Source of the DNA: Camelus ferus
Lineage: Eukaryota
DNA: 64,000 nt
Assembly (NCBI RefSeq): GCF_009834535.1
Contig: NC_045697.1
Coordinates: 77,874,001 to 77,938,000 of the forward strand
Direction: 5' to 3'
The notes under the pieces were generated by a model. That model was not told where the DNA came from. It saw only the letters and a list, made by a program, of their open reading frames with translations, and did not search any database. Position 1 is the stretch's first letter. Every line of letters starts with the position of its first letter. Below, piece by piece: positions 12,385 through 25,594 of the stretch. A program made the position numbers and the translations under genes.

Positions 12385-15032
12385 CTATAATATAAAATTC
12401 AAATTTATCCATAAAGGTTTTCCCTTACAGTTTGTAAAATGACTTTTTCTATATTATTGGATTTGAAAATGGTTACTATAAACATTTCTATTATGATAAA
12501 GTCAGTAGTAAAGAGGGCCTGCTTCCTTTTGGGGACAGAATAACAATCAATTTCTTAAAGCATTTCACACAGCCGACTTAAGCTTATTCCTCCAGTGGAT
12601 GTTGCAGCTCCACTGTTGTCCTTCTAGCAAAACCTAAGCCAATTCTCTCAGGGTTTTATATTAGCACCATTGCTACCTTGTGTCCCTGTAACTGTCCTGC
12701 CTGCAGGTTGGCCCTGTTGCAGCCTAAAGATGGAACTGTCTTCCTACTCTTTCCCTTCCATCTCCATCCTCCCTGCTGTGACAGGTAGGTAGGCAAAGTA
12801 GTGTTGATAGTGTCCAGCCCATAAAATAGAAAGCAGGTCAGAGCAGTGCCCTGCTAGCTTTCCCAAAGGGTACCAGTACTTTCTTTGGATGTGATTTCCC
12901 CGAGACAATGCCTGCCCATCATTCCTAAAGCTCTAATGACCATCAGGTCTTCTTATGTGGCAATTAGTACTCTCTGTGATACCTTTAAAAGGGAACAGTC
13001 CCCTTTTACCAAATACTTAAATTCCTAGGCGACTATTAAAGTAAGAAATAAGACCAGGATTTAGGAAATATTCAGGGAACATATCAGTCCATTTTACTCC
13101 TTTTGTCCATTAATAAAATATTCTGTGTTGACATTAGGTAGAAAGGAAGAAGCTATGTGCTTGCTCTTACATGTACATTAGAATATCCTGTAAACTTTCC
13201 ATCAGCTTCAAACTCAAATGTCATATCTTCTCTAAATGAAAGCACCTTTAGTGAGGAACTGTGCCTTCTGTATCTTTGCATATACTCTAGTGCCTAGTAG
13301 CATGCGTTACAGATGTTAGAAGAGCTATAAAATACTTCTGCAGTGAAAGAATGAGTGAGTGAATAGTTTACAATAAATAACACAGAACACAAAAATAAAC
13401 AAAGACAATTCCTTTTTAAAAATTAAGTTAAAATATCCTTTTCACAGTTTTCATTCTAAGTTAAACTGATGAATAATACATTCTTGGAGTCTTCAAAGCT
13501 GACTTCAGATTAAATCATTTTTCATATGAACTTTTTTTGAGAAGTACCAAAAGAGTCTTTAAAAATGAATATCTATTCTAATAATTCAGTAATACTCTCC
13601 CATTTCATTTAGCCCAGTATCTGTGGTATAATTAATTAAAAACCCAGTCCTGTCTAAAACTAACATTTCTCAAGTTAAACTGTCTTCCTTCAACCTAACT
13701 GTGACTACAGATGGTGCTAGAAACTGAATTAGAATGAATAGATATTAATTTTCATACCATTACAGTGCTATGGAATTCATTCACAAAAAGACACTGAAAC
13801 TCTCATTATTTGCCTCCAAACTTCAAACACTAGCTAATATCTGCAAATAGCATATGATCATAGGGCACATAGGGCACACTCAATAAGCTCTCACACCAAG
13901 TGGAGCATTCCTTCATATATTTGCAAATGAATACAATATACCCCTCCTTGATTCATCATCATGCAATGATTGCTCCCCTAAATCCCACAATGTGTGACAT
14001 TGTTCAAGATATTTTCCCTTGTAAATACTAACTTTCTATCAAAAGTGACAGTTAGCTCAAGTGGTGTGGCATTAACTCTGGGGGTGGCCAATTGTCTGTT
14101 CCCTTTCATGTTCATCACCTTCCCCCAAACCTCAGGCAGCCAAGTAGGTGCAGAATGTAGGGAAATAAGAGCAAACCCATCAATTAGAAAATCTTTCAGT
14201 CTGTGATTGTACTTAAAAAGCATATTAGAAAATGGCGTATTGATAACAATGCTGGCCACGAAATAGAAGCTGAGAAATATATCCATCCTTTCTTTTTCTC
14301 CTAGTATCAGTAGTATTCCTGAAAAGACAGGAATGGCTAGGCTGGAAAATGTCCTTTCCCTTCCTGAGATACTAGTAATAGAAGCATTGTTCTTTTCCAT
14401 TTGTCCTCACTGATACCAACTAATGAGGGACTATTACTGGGGGACCTAGGTTATCATGAACTTTTGACTGGAGTGACTACATTGTGATTATTCAAGGTGA
14501 AGAAGGAAATTTCTTAATACAGAATATTCAAATGCACTAATATAGACAAAATAAAAATAGTACCTTTGAATATACTGTTTATATGAGCCTCTACCTCAGG
14601 AGAAGCAAGAAGCTGTAATTTAAAAAACAGTAACAATAATAACAGTGTGGAAAACCACACAAACTGATCCTGGATTCAGAAGTCTCTTCACAGTAATCTC
14701 AGGCAAATCTCTTACCCTCTTTAGGCACCAGTTTCCTTCACCCCTAAAATGTGGGGGTTGTATAAAATAGTATTTAAGTTCCCTTCCAGTTCCAAGATTG
14801 CATGTTTGTAAGTACAAGATATTGTGAATATACAAGGAAACCTCTAAATTAATTTTAAGAAGATACATTAATTAGAAATTATCACTAACAAGTAGCTATG
14901 ATTAAAATTATTACTATTCCAAGAATCCAATTATTTTACTGAGATGGAATGAATGATCTGTGCAAAACTCTGGAATGAATGTCTAGATTTGACATAGAAC
15001 ATGTGCCTTTCATCTCTTCTCCCTTCCTTCGC

Positions 15033-15046
15033 CTGCCCTCCAGTGG
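15033..15046 (-). promoter_or_regulatory. CTCF motif, intron 8
   Basis: Minus strand reads CCACTGGAGGGCAG; 13/14 match to CCASYAGRKGGCRS. Confidence 0.5.
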
Positions 15047-15675
15047 CAGCGCTGAGCAGTGAACCCAACAAAAGAACAAATATGAAGGCAGCATTACAAA
15101 CTGGCCTCAACCCTCTCCCAGGCATCTTGGAGCACTCCTGCTAATATTGTTTTATCTCTCTATGCCTGAAAAGAAGAGGAATTTAGAAAATAGTGTAACT
15201 TAGGTACAGCACCTCCTGAAAATTATAGCAACTTACAGTGAAAATGATATGTGCAAAGTCAACCACTGGTTACTTTCTCTGAAGGTTCAAAGAACACATA
15301 AGAAGGTTCTATTTCTATTAAAGACCTCCACATTTTAAGTAGGACAATTCTGGAGCATAACAGAGGAATGTACAGCAGGAATTTTGGTAGTTTTCCTGGA
15401 GAACCCCAAGTAGTGTGCACTTAAGAGATTAGGAGAAGACTGAGAATTTTCTCTGGAGATATATATCACATTATACCTGAAAACTCCTATATAGAGACAT
15501 TTTGTGACCAGACTTGACAAAAGGGGGAGACTTCTTGTTAAAATTTTATATTTCTAAAATATTTGAAGAATGAAGACTTACTCTTTAAAGTGAATAATTT
15601 CCCCAATTTATCTATCATCATCATCATGATCATGATTACTGTTATTCAAAAGGCTGTATATTCATTTATTTAGAG

Positions 15676-15996
15676 CAGGAGTCTGAAACTACTCATGCTT
15701 GAGGGTCAAATCCCACCCACCACCCATTATCCTAAGGCCTGCAAACAAAATCGCTTCTACATTTTTGAACAGTTGGAAAAAAATCAAAAGAAGATTTTAT
15801 GACAGGTGAAAGTTGTATGGAATTCAAATAGCAGTGTGCAGAAGTAACCCTTGATTGGAAGACAGACACGCTGATTCATTTGGCTGCGTTTGTGCTATGG
15901 AGGGGCAGCTGAGTAGCTACGACAGAGACTACATGGCCCACGACACTTCAGATCTTTACTGTACAGCTTTTTACAGAAAAAGGTTGCTAAGCCCTG
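15676..15996. mobile_element. MER58B-like hAT DNA transposon
   Basis: CAGG...CCTG termini; gttggaaaaaaatcaaaagaag and ttacagaaaaaggttgctaagccctg; degenerate 8-bp TSD atttagag/gcttagag. Confidence 0.8.
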
Positions 15997-16560
15997 GCTT
16001 AGAGCCACGCTCACGGGTTTTATCTTTACATATCACCTCAATCGCTCCTGTGCGATGGGGTCATCTGATGTCTGAGATAAGGAAACACCACTGGTCTAAA
16101 TGAAGGTAGGGGATGAGCCAGTGGTGGACAGGTTAACACCACAAATTGAGAATCATGGAATTACAGTCTCTTCTCCTAGTGGATCAAAAGTGTTATGGAC
16201 TGTTGGCTGTTTGCTAATCATTTGACTGTACTTAAGTATCTTACATTGCCTGTCCTGAAAAAATTAAACTCATAAATTATAAAGTCTTCTGTTTATAATT
16301 CCATTACTTAAAAAAGAATAAAGTATCTCATTAATAAGAAAAAATGTCCTTATGCTTTCCAAATAAATCATTGTTTGTACAGTGTTTTTGTAGGTTATAA
16401 AATGTTTTGCATACAGTGTATCATTTGATTTTCTTTCTACCTACAGTCGCTATATTATACATTAATATAGCGAAATATGTTGAAAGGTTCAGCTCATGTT
16501 GTGGAAGTATGGGAAAAACAAACACTGACTTCTGAAATACTTGTTATCTTTCACATACAG

Positions 16561-16626
16561 AATTATTTGAAAAAACACGAATTTAAGAATGCAAGAACTT
16601 CAGATTTTTGGGAAGCACTTGAAGAG
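16561..16626 (+). CDS. ENPEP: ENPEP exon 9 (NYLKKHEFKNARTSDFWEALEE)
   Basis: atacag|AAT acceptor, GAG|gtaagg donor, 66 nt; overlaps ORF 16477..16665. Confidence 0.95.
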
Positions 16627-16760
16627 GTAAGGAGGAGTATATCCTCAAAATGTTTCTTTAATTAACAAATGACTTACCAATCATTTCTTTATCTGATTAT
16701 TCTATCCTTTTATTTCCCCCTTATTTGTTGTTTAATCATTATCCATTAAAAAAATCTTAG

Positions 16761-16912
16761 GCAAGTAACCTACCAGTGAAAGAAGTAATGGACACCTGGA
16801 CCAATCAGATGGGTTATCCTGTACTTAATGTGGAAAACACGAGGACTATCACACAGAAACGCTTTCTGTTGGACTCAAAAGCCAATGCTTCCGAGCCATA
16901 TTCAGTTTTTGG
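16761..16912 (+). CDS. ENPEP: ENPEP exon 10 (ASNLPVKEVMDTWTNQMGYPVLNVENTRTITQKRFLLDSKANASEPYSVFG)
   Basis: tcttag|GCA acceptor, GG|gtaagg donor, 152 nt; M1 WTxQxGYP motif. Confidence 0.95.
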
Positions 16913-17054
16913 GTAAGGATCTATAATGCATTTCAAGAGAAAGGCAGAAATTTTACGGAAATACTGGCCATTCACTTATACCTTGCCCTTTAGCACCTGA
17001 CTAAAAAGCATAGTGTCTTTAGAGAAACAAAGGCATCCAGAAATAACTCAGTTT

Positions 17055-19720
17055 TCTCCAGGTTCCAAATGGTGGATGGAGCACATACACGCCAGTCCTA
17101 TCCTTCCCAGAAATCACCAAATAAGGAAATAGAAGTACTAAAAGAAAGAAACTCATAAAAGTAAAGAAAATAGAGAGAAAGGGCTACATGCATCATAGAA
17201 TTCTAGAAGATGAAAAGCAGAGGGAGGAAGATAGACAGAAAACAAACTGAGGAACATGCAGTCAGTTAGAAAGGAACTTAAGCAGAGGTGGAAGCTGATT
17301 TTCCCTATTCCTAGACAGGCTCTGGGCTCAGTGTCAGCACTCAGAGTAGAAGGCAGGAGCGAGAAGTGAGGGGGGAAACAGGGCAATTAATTTGAAGTCT
17401 GGACTCAGGACAGTTGTGGCAGGCAGACCCCTCACTCCCCACTTCCCTTCATCAACAGCCATTCTTTCCTCTGCACAGAGCTCTCAGAAGTCTGGCAATG
17501 ACTCAAGGCAAAAATCCAGAGGGCTTTTTTTCCTAAAGAAATCGACTGAAACAGTGGAGAAGAGCTAAGGATTTCCATTTGGTTGGGACACCCAGAGTAC
17601 AGCTTTCCTCCTTATGGCGTTTGTAGGATGGATGGGCTGGAGCTGCCAGCTCCCCTCACACAGGCACAGAGCCCCTAGTCAGACTTCCTGTTCAGCAGAG
17701 AAGTCGGTTTCAAAAATACGCTTCCCTTCTCAACAGTACAGAGGTTACATACAAGACAACAAGAATAATCAATTCAGTCCTTCTTTCTCATATGCGAATG
17801 AACAGTCAGGGATCACAAGACACACGAAAAAATCTAAAAGCATAAAAAGCAAAATCTCACATGAACAAACAAAAAACTTGTCTCTATAAGAAAAATAATT
17901 GAAATAAAAATAAATTTATGAAATATATTCAGAGGTCAAAGAAGCTATTATACTCATTAACGAAGAGCAGAATGTCTCTGAAAGGACAAACTGAAAATGT
18001 AAAAGAGCCCTAAAAGGTTAAATTTTTGGTTGTCAAAAAAATTAACAGACCAACAAGAAATAAATTTGGGAAATTCTCTAAAAATACAGGACAAAAACAC
18101 ACAAAACTGGTAAATATGAAAGAAGACAAATGTGGAAGATCTAGCACCCAACTAATAGAAGTCTCTCAGAAAAGAAAACAGAGAAACTTAAGGAGTAAAA
18201 TATATCAAAGAATAAAGGACATAAGGATTCGGATTAAAAGGCTCACTGACTACACAGTACAAAAAGGAAAAAAACCCCACATACCGAGCTACATCCTCAT
18301 GACATTTCAGAAAACAAGCACACAGGAGTTAGTGTGGCATTAGATTTCTCCACAACAACCCTGAACACAAGAAGAAAATGGAGCAATCATCTAGAATGTA
18401 GATGCAAAGCATATTTTCAGTCTCCAATTCTCTACCCAGTTCCCTAAACCAAATACAAAAGCACAGTAAAGACATTTTCTGATACGCAGCTCCAGAATAT
18501 GCATTCCACACAGCAGTGCTTAGAAAGTTACTAAGGCTGCACTCCAAGGGGACTGCAGGAGGAAGAGAAAAAATAAGAGTAAATCAAAAAAGAGGAAGAC
18601 ATGAGATCCAGGAAAATAGTGCATCCAACCTAGGAGAGCCTGAAAGGAAACACAGACCAAAAGCGATCCAGCGGGCTCACGGTGCCGTGAGGAAGAGAGT
18701 ATGACTGGGAAGATGGGAAAACTTGAGGAGGTGGTGAAGTTTGGTCAACTACACAGAAGAAAATACGAAAAAAACAAAATTAAAGCTGTTTATAAAAAAC
18801 TGTGATCCAAAGATAGGAAGCAGGTAGAGTGATTTTATGTCATTGATAAAGTATAAGAAAAAGGAGTCCATTTGACCCTTATGTTAGTGTGTTATCGCAA
18901 AATTTTATTTAAGTGACGTAAGGGCCATGAAATCAGACCATAGAGAAGGAAATAACTCCAACACACTTCTTAGCCAACAATATGTATATAGTATAATTTT
19001 GTAAATGTTACTTACTGTCTTTTACCTTTTATAATCAACCAATGGATAACATATGTAAAACTTCTGTTATGGTGGCCGAGTAGATTGTAAACATAAACAG
19101 TCTTATCAAGAAAAAATAGCTGACAGAAGAAAGGACGTAGAAGAGGAAGAAAAGGTGGAAGACAAGTGTCAGGATACTGATTCAGCGGCTCTAATCCCAA
19201 CTCAGTGACATCATGCTGGTAGTTTGAAATTGGTTACGATGTGACTTAATGGGAATCAGCAAATACTACGTTCCACCTCCCACCCCTACCCTCCCTGAGA
19301 GCCAGCTGTTAAGCATTTACCAGCACTGCACAGGATACCCTCATTTTACAGTTAGGAGAGACTAGCAATACTAAAATTTATAAAGCAAGAAATGATAGTA
19401 TGAGTATATTATTCGAAGGAATAATTGTAACCTATAGAAAGTCTAATAGTACTATATCAAAATTTGATTTTTAAAGGGGGAATGGAAGAGAAAATAGTGT
19501 TAATAAACTAAATCACCCTCTCATGGTTGAGTTTAGAAATACTATCTAAAAAAATACAGCGGTATATTAGAGTTACAGAATTAGACATCAGAAGAACTAA
19601 AACCAGAAGCATTTAAAAGGGGATATTTTGAGAGAGAAGCTGGCCTGTGGGAAGGGTGGAGGGGACTGTGGCTTTTCAACAGCAGTTTTTCAGGTTTTTG
19701 ATTAACCATGTTTTTATTTG
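17055..19720 (+). mobile_element. HAL1 (half-L1)-like ancient LINE, long copy, sense in intron 10
   Basis: A-rich decayed ORF1-like region (ORF 18026..18343) followed by gagtaaatcaaaaaagaggaagacatgagatccaggaaa, recalled as HAL1-typical; no ORF2 remnant seen. Confidence 0.6.
19183..19332 (-). mobile_element. MER63-like hAT-Blackjack element nested in the HAL1
   Basis: gagagccagctgttaagcatttaccagcac terminal motif. Confidence 0.6.
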
Positions 19721-20919
19721 CAATGCTCAAATGAAATTCTCCTGAACTTTTAAACATCAATTACAAACTCAATCAAATTCTTTTGCATATATCATTAAGA
19801 ACATCACTACTTAAAACTTAATTAAATTCCATTTATAATTTCAAAATACAAACACCTAAAGACACAGATTCACAAATCTAATTTTTAAAAATACTTTCTT
19901 ATACGTTTGTATGAATCTAACAAATTAAAATTCATAAATACAGCATGTCAAATTTCTTGGGCATTTTCAACACATTCAAACCTTTAACTTCACAAATTCA
20001 GGCTTTTGTAGACATTTGAACATGACTACTGAGTTAAGGGACTCTAAGAATTTCAATTGAAATTACAAATCCAATGTCATTTCCCCTAATTTGCCAGATT
20101 TTAAAGAGCATTTCAAATATTGTAAAAACTGGCAAAACATGTGCAACATAGCCAGTGTTATCACACTGTATGAATACCCTTGTACAGGAGTATTAATACT
20201 ATCACCATCCCTATAACTAAACTGTTGTTTTTGTACACATTCCTGGCATGTCAGCTGCTCCCAAATGAAGAGAACAAAATCAGGATCTCAGGACTCCTGG
20301 CCCCTGGGCTTGGCCACAGTAACCTGGGTGGATGTCATCTCAGACCCCTGTTACACAGCTCAGCCCCGCTCCTAGACTGCATCCTGGCTAAACGGGAGAA
20401 GCATAGTGCATCACTGGTCCCCTGGACATCATTCTGGTGTCACTCATACCGATTTTTATTGTCTTTCAACTTCTTAACACTTGGTTCGGTTGGAGAGGAT
20501 TTTGTACCTACCACACTCCAGCATCTAATTTCTGCCTCCTGATTTCCACTGAAAAGACCCTTCACCCTCTTTCTCTCTTTTTCAATGGTCTCATTGTCTC
20601 ATTTACCTCGTAGTCACTTATATATAAATCATCACAAGATCAATTATTCAGTATCAATTAGAGTAACGTGAGGAAGGAGACTCATAGGCTGTGGAAAAGG
20701 TACCTCAGGAAGTGTTTAATAACCACAAATGGGTTCTTTTATGGTTATTGTCTTACGTGCTAGCAAATCAGACTGGCTAATTTTAATACCACTAGAGCCT
20801 TTGGATATTAAAGTTTAAAAACATTGTTCTCTTGCAAAACAAGTTTCCATTTGGAAGTTTCAGAGTAATTATTCTGTCCTGCTATATGTGTCCACTGATA
20901 GGCTGAGCCTGAATTAATT

Positions 20920-21600
20920 GGTAGGGCAGGAGGTGCGCAGAGTAGGGAGGAAGACTTTCTTACTTGAGGAAGTGATATTTAAGCTGAATAAACTGATGTA
21001 GGGGATGACTGTCCGGATTGTCGAAACAGAAACGGCAGCAGGTATGAAGGCCCTAAAGTTTAAAAGAAGCATTCTACATATAATAGGCAATACTTATTGA
21101 GCATTTATTAAGTAGCTAGCACTATTTTAAGTACTTTAGAGTATTTTATTATAATGGAGAAATTTAGGCAGAAAATGATTAAGTCACTTATTCAAGGCAC
21201 AGAGTGTAAGTGATGAATCCTTGGTTTGAATGCAGGCAATCTGGCTCCATGAACTGGATAACAGAGAGCACTGGGGAAAGTGACGGGAGATGAACTCAGA
21301 GAGGAAGGCAGGGGCCAGGCATGAAGACCATGCTAAAGACTTTGAACAACTGTGTGTGCAAATTCAAGGATGTTAAGGAGAGAACTGGCAGGATCAGTAT
21401 GCATTTTTCCAAGTTCCCCTCTGGCTGCACTATGGCAGACAGATCAGGTGGGACAAGAGTGGAAGCTGGGAGGACAGTTAGGATGCTACTGTAGCAAGTG
21501 GCGCATGTGAGAGATGGTGGAGTTGATGGGGGTCTGCACTAGGAGAGTGACTGTGGGCTAGAGGCAGGTGTTCAATATTCCAAAGATTGGGTGGAGCTAA
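20920..21600 (-). mobile_element. L2 fragment interrupted by a MIR (about 21080-21250)
   Basis: gaggaagtgatatttaagctga...ctctggctgc...ggacaagagtggaagctgggaggacagttaggatgctactgtag. Confidence 0.65.
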
Positions 21601-24019
21601 AATTTCCAATTAAATAATAATGTGCTGGGAATACAATAGGACGAATTTGCAGAGGACCATCTCCTTTCAGAGTATGGTTCTCATCTTGTTCTATAGGGAT
21701 CATAGCAATACTTCTAGAGACCTGAAAGATCTTTATAGATTTATAAACCCATTTTACGACACGTACTCCATGCTGCAGGAATAGAACCTCTTTTCTGGCT
21801 TCCAATTCAGGGCTTTGGGAACACACTCACACTAACAAAAATTCGGACTGCCAAAACACTTTCTGTCGAAGGTATCAAAAATGAAGAGCACTCAGAATTA
21901 TTAAATTGGCTGCTTCCAAGATACTAGTGGGCACCTGAACTGGAGAAGCATCAAGAAAGCCCGTGGTGCTCACCTTGTTGAAACCGTGACCAGTTTCTCC
22001 TCCTGGAAACCTCAGACACTCAGCTCTCCCACAGTAAATAAAATTCAGAGAAACTGGGAATCTTGCTGTGAGGCAAGTTCTGAAAATTAATAGTTCTTGC
22101 CAAAACAAAAGAAAATTTGAGTTCTTAGATCAAATGAGATCAATCAGGGAGTATCTGTATATCCTTCTTTATCTTTTCTTTATTTTGGAGAGGAAAGATT
22201 ATGATGGAGAAAACTTCTTTGTTTTTCACTCTTTGCTTTTCATAGTATGTGATTTGAAACATGGAACTGATTCGTTATCAGGTGATAATTCAATTACAAA
22301 AATCACATAGTAATTTCTGAGATCATTCTGTTAAACTTTTTTTTTACAGTTACTCTTATGATCTAGTAAATCAGATTGGCCATATTTAATACTGCTATTT
22401 AATAGTCTTTGGACACTGCAATTTTAAAAAATATATTTCCTCCTTGAGAAACAAACTTCCATTAAGAAAGCTTCACAGTGGTTTTCCCTTCTGTCATACA
22501 TATGCACTGACTTAAACCAAAGACACAACCAACACCATTTTTAAACTGGTTTGATTGGATTTTTAAGAACTGTTCCTTGGTTATGGATTCCTTTCCACAC
22601 AAACAAAAGATTTTATTACCAAGGGAACTTAAACATATCATCAGATCTAAAATCACTTTTAAAATTATAATAAATCTTTAAAGTGCATTAATTAAGATTC
22701 AGAACATGGTACTATATTAATATTTACACTTTTCTCTAATTCTTTTAGTTTCAACCTTCAGATAGTTTTTCTAAAATTTAGATTCATAGATGCATGATTT
22801 TTAGTGATCATTTATCATTTTCAATCTACTTGTTCCATTTTTTGGTAAAAAAAAGTTACACATTATATATGCATAGGAAAATAAACCCAGAAAACATGGG
22901 CTTTTCTGTTGAGAACATTTCATAAAAATCTATAGTAGATCCTGAACAAATAAGAGAGAAAAAGACATTATATCAAAAGTGACACCTCCTTATTTTTCAA
23001 TTGATTAAAAAGTTAGATCATAATATATGCCTTAATGCCCCCAGTAAGGAATTAGCTTTTTCTCCAATCTCAGTGTTCACCTGCTGTCTGTTCAGATATA
23101 TTCCTGTCTGGTACACAAGGTTCAATTGTACGGTAAACTGAATGGCCTCTTCTTTTCTCACTGCTTAAATATTCCATGATTAGGAAATTTTTACTGACCA
23201 AAAACTTTTTATAATCTAAATGGCCCACACATGTGTAAACTACTGTTTTAACAGTATGGCCTCAACCACCTCTTAGAAATGGGCCAGTCTGACATCTCCA
23301 TCAGGGGGAATTCTCTATGGGACAATCTTGCATGTCTTTGGCAGTCCACTCAAAATAAAAGGGTGAAGAATGGGAGTAGCTGTGTTATCTTGGGGCAACC
23401 AAAGTCAGTTTCCTTAGTGAAAATTAGATTGGCCATATTTATACTGCCACAAACTGTTATATGGTAAGATATTTAAAAAGTGAATTATACCTTTAAAAAA
23501 TGAATCTGATACTCTTGAATTTTTGATAACATATAAGAAACTCTATCATTTCATTTACGTAATTTCCATTTCTTTTGTACTCTCAGATCTATTATTTTGC
23601 TCAGATTAGATTAGCTCCTGTAAGTGATTCCAAAACTGTCAAGTGAAATAGCCTCAACCCTCTATCTGTTTTCATCTCACCATACTCTTACAGATGTCAG
23701 AGTAGTATTTTTCACACAACCTTAGTAGTATATCTTATGCCTACTTTCAGGCACAGCCTAGTCCCGGAGACCAGGCATCAGAGGAGACAGTGGAAATGTG
23801 AAATCCTGACTGTGCACATAGGGCATCCAGACACTGCACGCTCTGCTGCTTCAGCCAGGTGGACACTGGGGAAAGATGAGGAGGAGTGAGATGCTAGTCT
23901 ACACGGTGACACCAAATCAGCAGAGCAGTAAGAGAATGAAACCTGTAGGTAGGATGTGACTTACAAAAAAAAAAAAAAAGCTTGTTTTTCTGTCTGTTGA
24001 GAAGCTACAAGGGATGATG

Positions 24020-24400
24020 GTTCTTAGGTTGGCTTCACTATAAGCAGACCCTGAGGTGATCATTCAAGTGAAAATGACTCATTAGGAGGTGCTTCTCGGA
24101 AAGGCTGGTAGGGGGTTGGGCAGTGGGACATCAAGCAGCCAAGGTGCAACACCAAGCAGGTCCTGTCTGGGGTTAACTACCCTGAAGGGAAGGGAGACAG
24201 TGCTACACAGAGGTCTTGGGAGATGGGGCAAAGAACATTCTCATGCTCACCTATCACTGGCCGAGGGCTGCACCCAAGGATACAAATTTCCAGAAACTTC
24301 TGGATTTCCTTACTCAGGCAGCCAGAGGGCAGTCCTCTGATAAAAAGACCAAGGTGCTGGCTGTTGGCAGGGAAAGCACATTGGAATCTGGGATGCACAG
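24020..24400 (-). mobile_element. ERVL LTR16-family solo LTR
   Basis: ttcttaggttggcttcactataagcagaccctgag terminus; explains the overlapping spurious ORFs at 24089-24603. Confidence 0.65.
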
Positions 24401-25514
24401 AAATGACAGAGATTCAAGCAGATAAGGATGGAGTACTGAGAATGTCTCCTATAGGAGCCAATGAACAGTTTATGTATTGGGTCTATGAAACTTACAGCCA
24501 AAAACATTCCACTGCAATAAAATCCTCCAAGAGAGCTAGTAAAAGCTCAATTTATAAAAACATTTTAGTAGTTATAAAACAAAGGATTACTTCTTTCATG
24601 TAGATGGCAAATATATATTCTTCCTGAATTACATCAATTTTATTATATCTTGAAAAGGAGAAATATTATTCTCCCATTCTGTTAGGGACTTGAATGGTCA
24701 CAGATGAAGAAAAACAAGGCCAGCTTTGAGTTGAAACCCAAACACAGATTCATCCTCTCTTTAGATCTCCTGTATTTTCTGACTGATGAGCTACGATGTG
24801 AGAACAATCAAAAAGACATTTAAGACCTCTTTTATGAGCTTTTAAGACTACAATGTTAAGTATATATTGTATCAAGACACAAAGCCAAACTCCTCCCCCT
24901 GCACCACAAGAAAATACTAAGCGGCTGAAGTGAACACTAGAAGCCCCTGAAACCTGCTTGCCTGATGAATTTTCTTTACACCACGCTAGTTCACATGGTC
25001 CTAAATAGGAGATTTTTAAAGAGCACGAGATTTAAGGGATGATGGTGGTAGTGTCATTTCAACATGATTTCTAAATGTGTTATGTCCTTCACAGCATTTT
25101 AAGATTGTCTTCTGAATTCTAAAAATGCTTTGTTTTTTGACAGAAACTACAGCATATTAGAGTGTGTGCAAGCATGTGTGTAACTGCTCGATTTTATTTT
25201 ATAATGTGTTATGTTTGTGCAGTATCTTTATTCCAAAGCTTCGAGGCATTTTATTGAAATAATCTTTTTCATCCTTAGCTAATTTTTTGATACAAATTTC
25301 CAAATTTTAGAGATTTATAGAAATTGAAAGCAATTATGTACCCTACTTTATCACAAAAGAATACTGTATTAATTGTATTAGTTATATACTATACACTGGA
25401 CAACCACTTATGAGAAAAATATGCTTTTCTATTGCTTTTTAATTATTTTTTCTTTGGAAATATTTTCATTTTTTAGTAATAAAAGCTAAAATTTTTCTTT
25501 CTAAAAAACTTTAG

Positions 25515-25594
25515 TTACACATGGAATATTCCAGTTAAATGGACTGAAGATAATGCATCAAGGACTACATTCTATAATAGGTCAGAAACAGGAG
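25515..25594 (+). CDS. ENPEP: ENPEP exon 11 (YTWNIPVKWTEDNASRTTFYNRSETG)
   Basis: ctttag|T acceptor, GAG|gtaaat donor, 80 nt; WNIP motif; phases match the neighbouring exons. Confidence 0.93.

Noticed and set aside
21572..22108. Two tandem minus-strand ORFs (77 and 84 aa) considered as a processed pseudogene
   Set aside because: No recognisable protein, poly-A or TSD; a BLASTX hit would be needed to revive this.
24089..24603. Cluster of five overlapping ORFs
   Set aside because: They lie largely within a GC-richer LTR16-type element where stops are sparse.
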